A stretch of DNA of 64,000 nucleotides from the NCBI GenBank assembly GCA_050950765.1, contig JBMNIF010000002.1:896001-960000 (forward strand). The letters run 5' to 3'. The position numbers and the translations under genes were made by a program. This stretch comes from Bdellovibrionota bacterium (GTDB lineage: Bacteria; Bdellovibrionota_C; UBA2361; JAAYZI01). Below, in pieces: positions 61,134-64,000 of the stretch; position 1 is the stretch's first letter; every line of letters begins with the position of its first letter. The notes beneath the pieces are model-generated. The model was not told where the DNA came from, searched no databases, and worked only from the letters and a program-made list of their open reading frames with translations.

Positions 61134-63037
61134 TTTAATTGCTGCGGGTCTGTTACTGGGACCAGTGAGTGGCATCGTAAAGATAGGGTTATCTCAAGCG
61201 GAGCTAACAGAAGTGATCGGTCTTGGTGTCGCTATTATCCTCTTTGAAGGAGGCATGGATCTGAAGCTTGCCGAGTTCCGGCGCGTCGGTCATGGAGTTG
61301 GTCGCTTGACGATCCTTGCTCCACCGTTAGCTTGGGTTTTTGGCGCTTTAGCAGCGCATTTCGTCGCGGGGTTAAGTTGGCCGGTCGCTTGGGTACTAGG
61401 TGCTATTCTTGTGGTCACCGGTCCAACGGTGATATTGCCGTTACTGCGTCAAGCCCGTCTGAATAAAGAATCCGCATCCCTGCTGAAATGGGAGGGGATC
61501 GTTAATGATCCCATAGGTGTTTTACTGGCAGTGCTAACTTTTCAATATTTTACCCTCGCCGATGGTGGCTGGCTCCATGTGTTCAAGGGACTTGGAGCGG
61601 CTATCGTCGTTGCTGGAGTGCTCGGCGGTTTAGGTGGTTGGCTTATTTGTCGAATCTATCAACGTGGCGGAGTTCCTGTGCACCTCAAAACACCATTACT
61701 AATGGTGCTGGTGTTGGCGGCATACTGGGTCAGTAACTTCGTCCAGCAAGAGGCTGGGCTGTTGACCGTGACCATAATGGGCTTGGTTATCGGTAACATG
61801 GGGCTGGTTGAGCGTGAGCAGCTGCGCCATTTTAAGGAAGGCCTCACTGTTCTACTCTTAGCGGTATTGTTTATCGTTATCCCTTCTCAACTTAAACTTG
61901 AGCACCTGCAATTAATTGATTGGCGGGCAGTTGCGTTTGTGTTGGTCGTCCTGTTCGTGGTACGTCCGTTGACTATCGGCTTAGCAACTTTAGGTGCACC
62001 CATACGAAGAGAAGATAAGGTGCTATTGGCATGGATTGCGCCACGTGGCATCGTTGCTATGGCAACGGCGGGAATTTTCGGTCCAGCGTTGGTTGCTGCC
62101 GGTTACCCAGATGCTGAAGCTTTGTTGCCCATCATCTTTCTGATCATTATCGCGACCGTATTGCTGCATGGATTCACTTTAGGACCGTTGGCACGGAAAA
62201 TGTCTTTGGCAGCAGAAGATGAGAACGGTCTACTAATTGTTGGTGCCTCTCCTTGGACGCTAGCGTTGGCGCAGACACTGAAAAAGTTGGAGATCGATGT
62301 GATGGTTGCCGACGGCTCATATAAACGCTTGAAACCGATCCGCATGGATGGGATTAAGACCTATTACGGAGAAATTCTTTCTGAACACGCCGAGCAGGAG
62401 TTGGAAGATGAACATCTGAGCTTCCTTCTGTGTGCAACTGACAATCACTACTACAACGCGTTGGTTTGTAAGGCGCGAGGCTATAGGTTCGGACACCATC
62501 GTACTTTTCAGTTGGCACCTTTTAAAGAGTCAGACCAAATGAAAAAACGGTTGACCTTGCAACAACGTGGCTATTTTGCTTTTGAACCACCGACGGACAT
62601 CTACACCTTGCAGCAACGCTTGAATGATGGTTGGACAATACACGCAACCCGCTTGAGTAAAAATTTTGATCTTGATCAACTGAAAAATAAATTGGGAGAA
62701 CCAGGTGTCGATTTAGTATTACTTGGAACTCTCTCCCCTCAAGGGAAGCTGCAAATTTATTCTAGAGAGCAAAGTTTCAAACCCACTCTTGGCTGGGTCT
62801 TACTCTACTTCTCTCGTGAGATCGAAAAGGAAGCAGAAGCGGAGACATTTGAGTAAAGGAGTGGCGTAGCCACAAATTCTAAAGTCATCATCACCGTTGC
62901 TAAGAAGTCGAGGTGCTCCCAAAGGTGGCGGGTGGTGCTTTAGCTTTAGTTAACTACTAATCTCGCAAGAGTCTCGGTGATAATTGGGTTAAGAAATTAA
63001 GAGAAGGAAGATAAAAAGATAAATTGGAAAAATTAAA

Positions 63038-64000
63038 CCCAAACTTTCCCCTTTTTACGTATGTTAAGTAAGTAACAGTTCGGCTATTTTTAGCTCTGCT
63101 TTAGTTTGCTCGGCTAAATACCAAGAGTCCCCAAGCCTAACTTTTTTAATTTCAGATAACCTTCTGATAGCATCTTCTAATGATATTGAAGTCGAAAGTT
63201 TATGTTTTTTTATTGTTTTTAATATTTCATAGCTCCACTGTATTGCTATGTGATTCACGAACATCCATCCCTGAAATTTATCATCATCACTCATATATGA
63301 AGCATCTGCTTTTAAAACAGTTTTTAACGTATCAAAAGATTGTTCAATAGATAGTCGCATTTTGTATAACGTGTATATTTCTTCTGCGGATGAGTCCAAA
63401 TTTGAAAAGAATGCAACAGTTCCTAGCCTCACTTTTTTTAAATCAACATCTGTTAAATTGTATTTTTCTGGATGAGATATTGTTAATGAAACTAAGTTAT
63501 TTTCCTCTTCACCTGCTAAAAACGGGTCTCTAAACAGATATATAAATCCATTCCCAATCTTATATTTTTTATATCTTAAGTACGTTTTATTATATTCAAT
63601 AACGTTCCTGCTTGTTTCTATTCCATCATAGTCTATAAGAGAGCTATTTCTACGCAATGGAATAACAAAGCTAAGTTTATTCTCTATAAGATCTTTAACG
63701 TTAGACTCTGAATAGAAACCCTTATCTGCAATAATAGTAGCATCACCAATTTCTGATTCTTGGATAGTTAAAGATAGAGCTTTTACATCTCTTATATTCC
63801 CAGCCAATAACCTATAATAGACTGGTTGTTGCAATTTTTTAGAGTAAATATAAAGCAAACTCGCCTGCGTTTCCCAAAAATGGTCTTTATTATATCCTCC
63901 TTTAGCAAGACTCGACTTTCTCATAGATGTTCTAAGAAATGTAGAATCAATTAACAAAAAATCTTTTCCATGAATAAAACTCTTCATATATTCAGAACGA
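63038..64000 (-). mobile_element. Second, inverted copy of the same IS (partial, runs off the window)
   Basis: TIR CCCAAACTTTCCCC at 63038; the visible translation is identical to the copy 1 C-terminus. Confidence 0.93.

Larger units (their letters stand above)
59471..62856 (+). pseudogene. CPA1/NhaP-type cation:proton antiporter interrupted by an IS
   Basis: ATG at 59471 with GGAG RBS: MHTATMMMIILCAGLASQWLAWRLRLPAIVVL; continues in frame after the IS (IAAGLLLGP...ILFEGG...VTGPTV...EGIVNDP...APRGIVA). Confidence 0.9.

Overview
64 kb of a low-GC bacterial chromosome. The gene content (IHF, MJ0042/DUF3426, TadE-like protein, FHA/Ser-Thr kinase, TonB-C) suggests a Bdellovibrionota/deltaproteobacterial-type lineage; this is inference. 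The backbone is housekeeping: metE start, motAB, ihfB-like, asd/usg-like-truA, hppA, dxs, tatA, rlmB-scpA-scpB-rluB, tRNA-fMet, panB, smpB and tmRNA. It is interrupted by two restriction-modification cassettes (one with a dead REase), four IS copies (three with visible TIRs and TSDs) and an orphan traF/traH/traG-like triad. The most unusual signal is non-coding: a strand-polarised repeat family with core GAAGGGTGGCACCA (palindrome GGTG-N-CACC) forming three mosaic arrays plus scattered copies. Two arrays and one single copy abut stop codons, two of them through short junction duplications. Copies also sit at accessory-cassette borders, and degenerate copies lie in frame inside panB. Independently, many gene starts and ends in the window are locally duplicated as diverged copies. 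Several enzyme homologues (YjeF-N, Asd-like, GT2) appear to have lost catalytic residues. All counts and alignments were done by eye.
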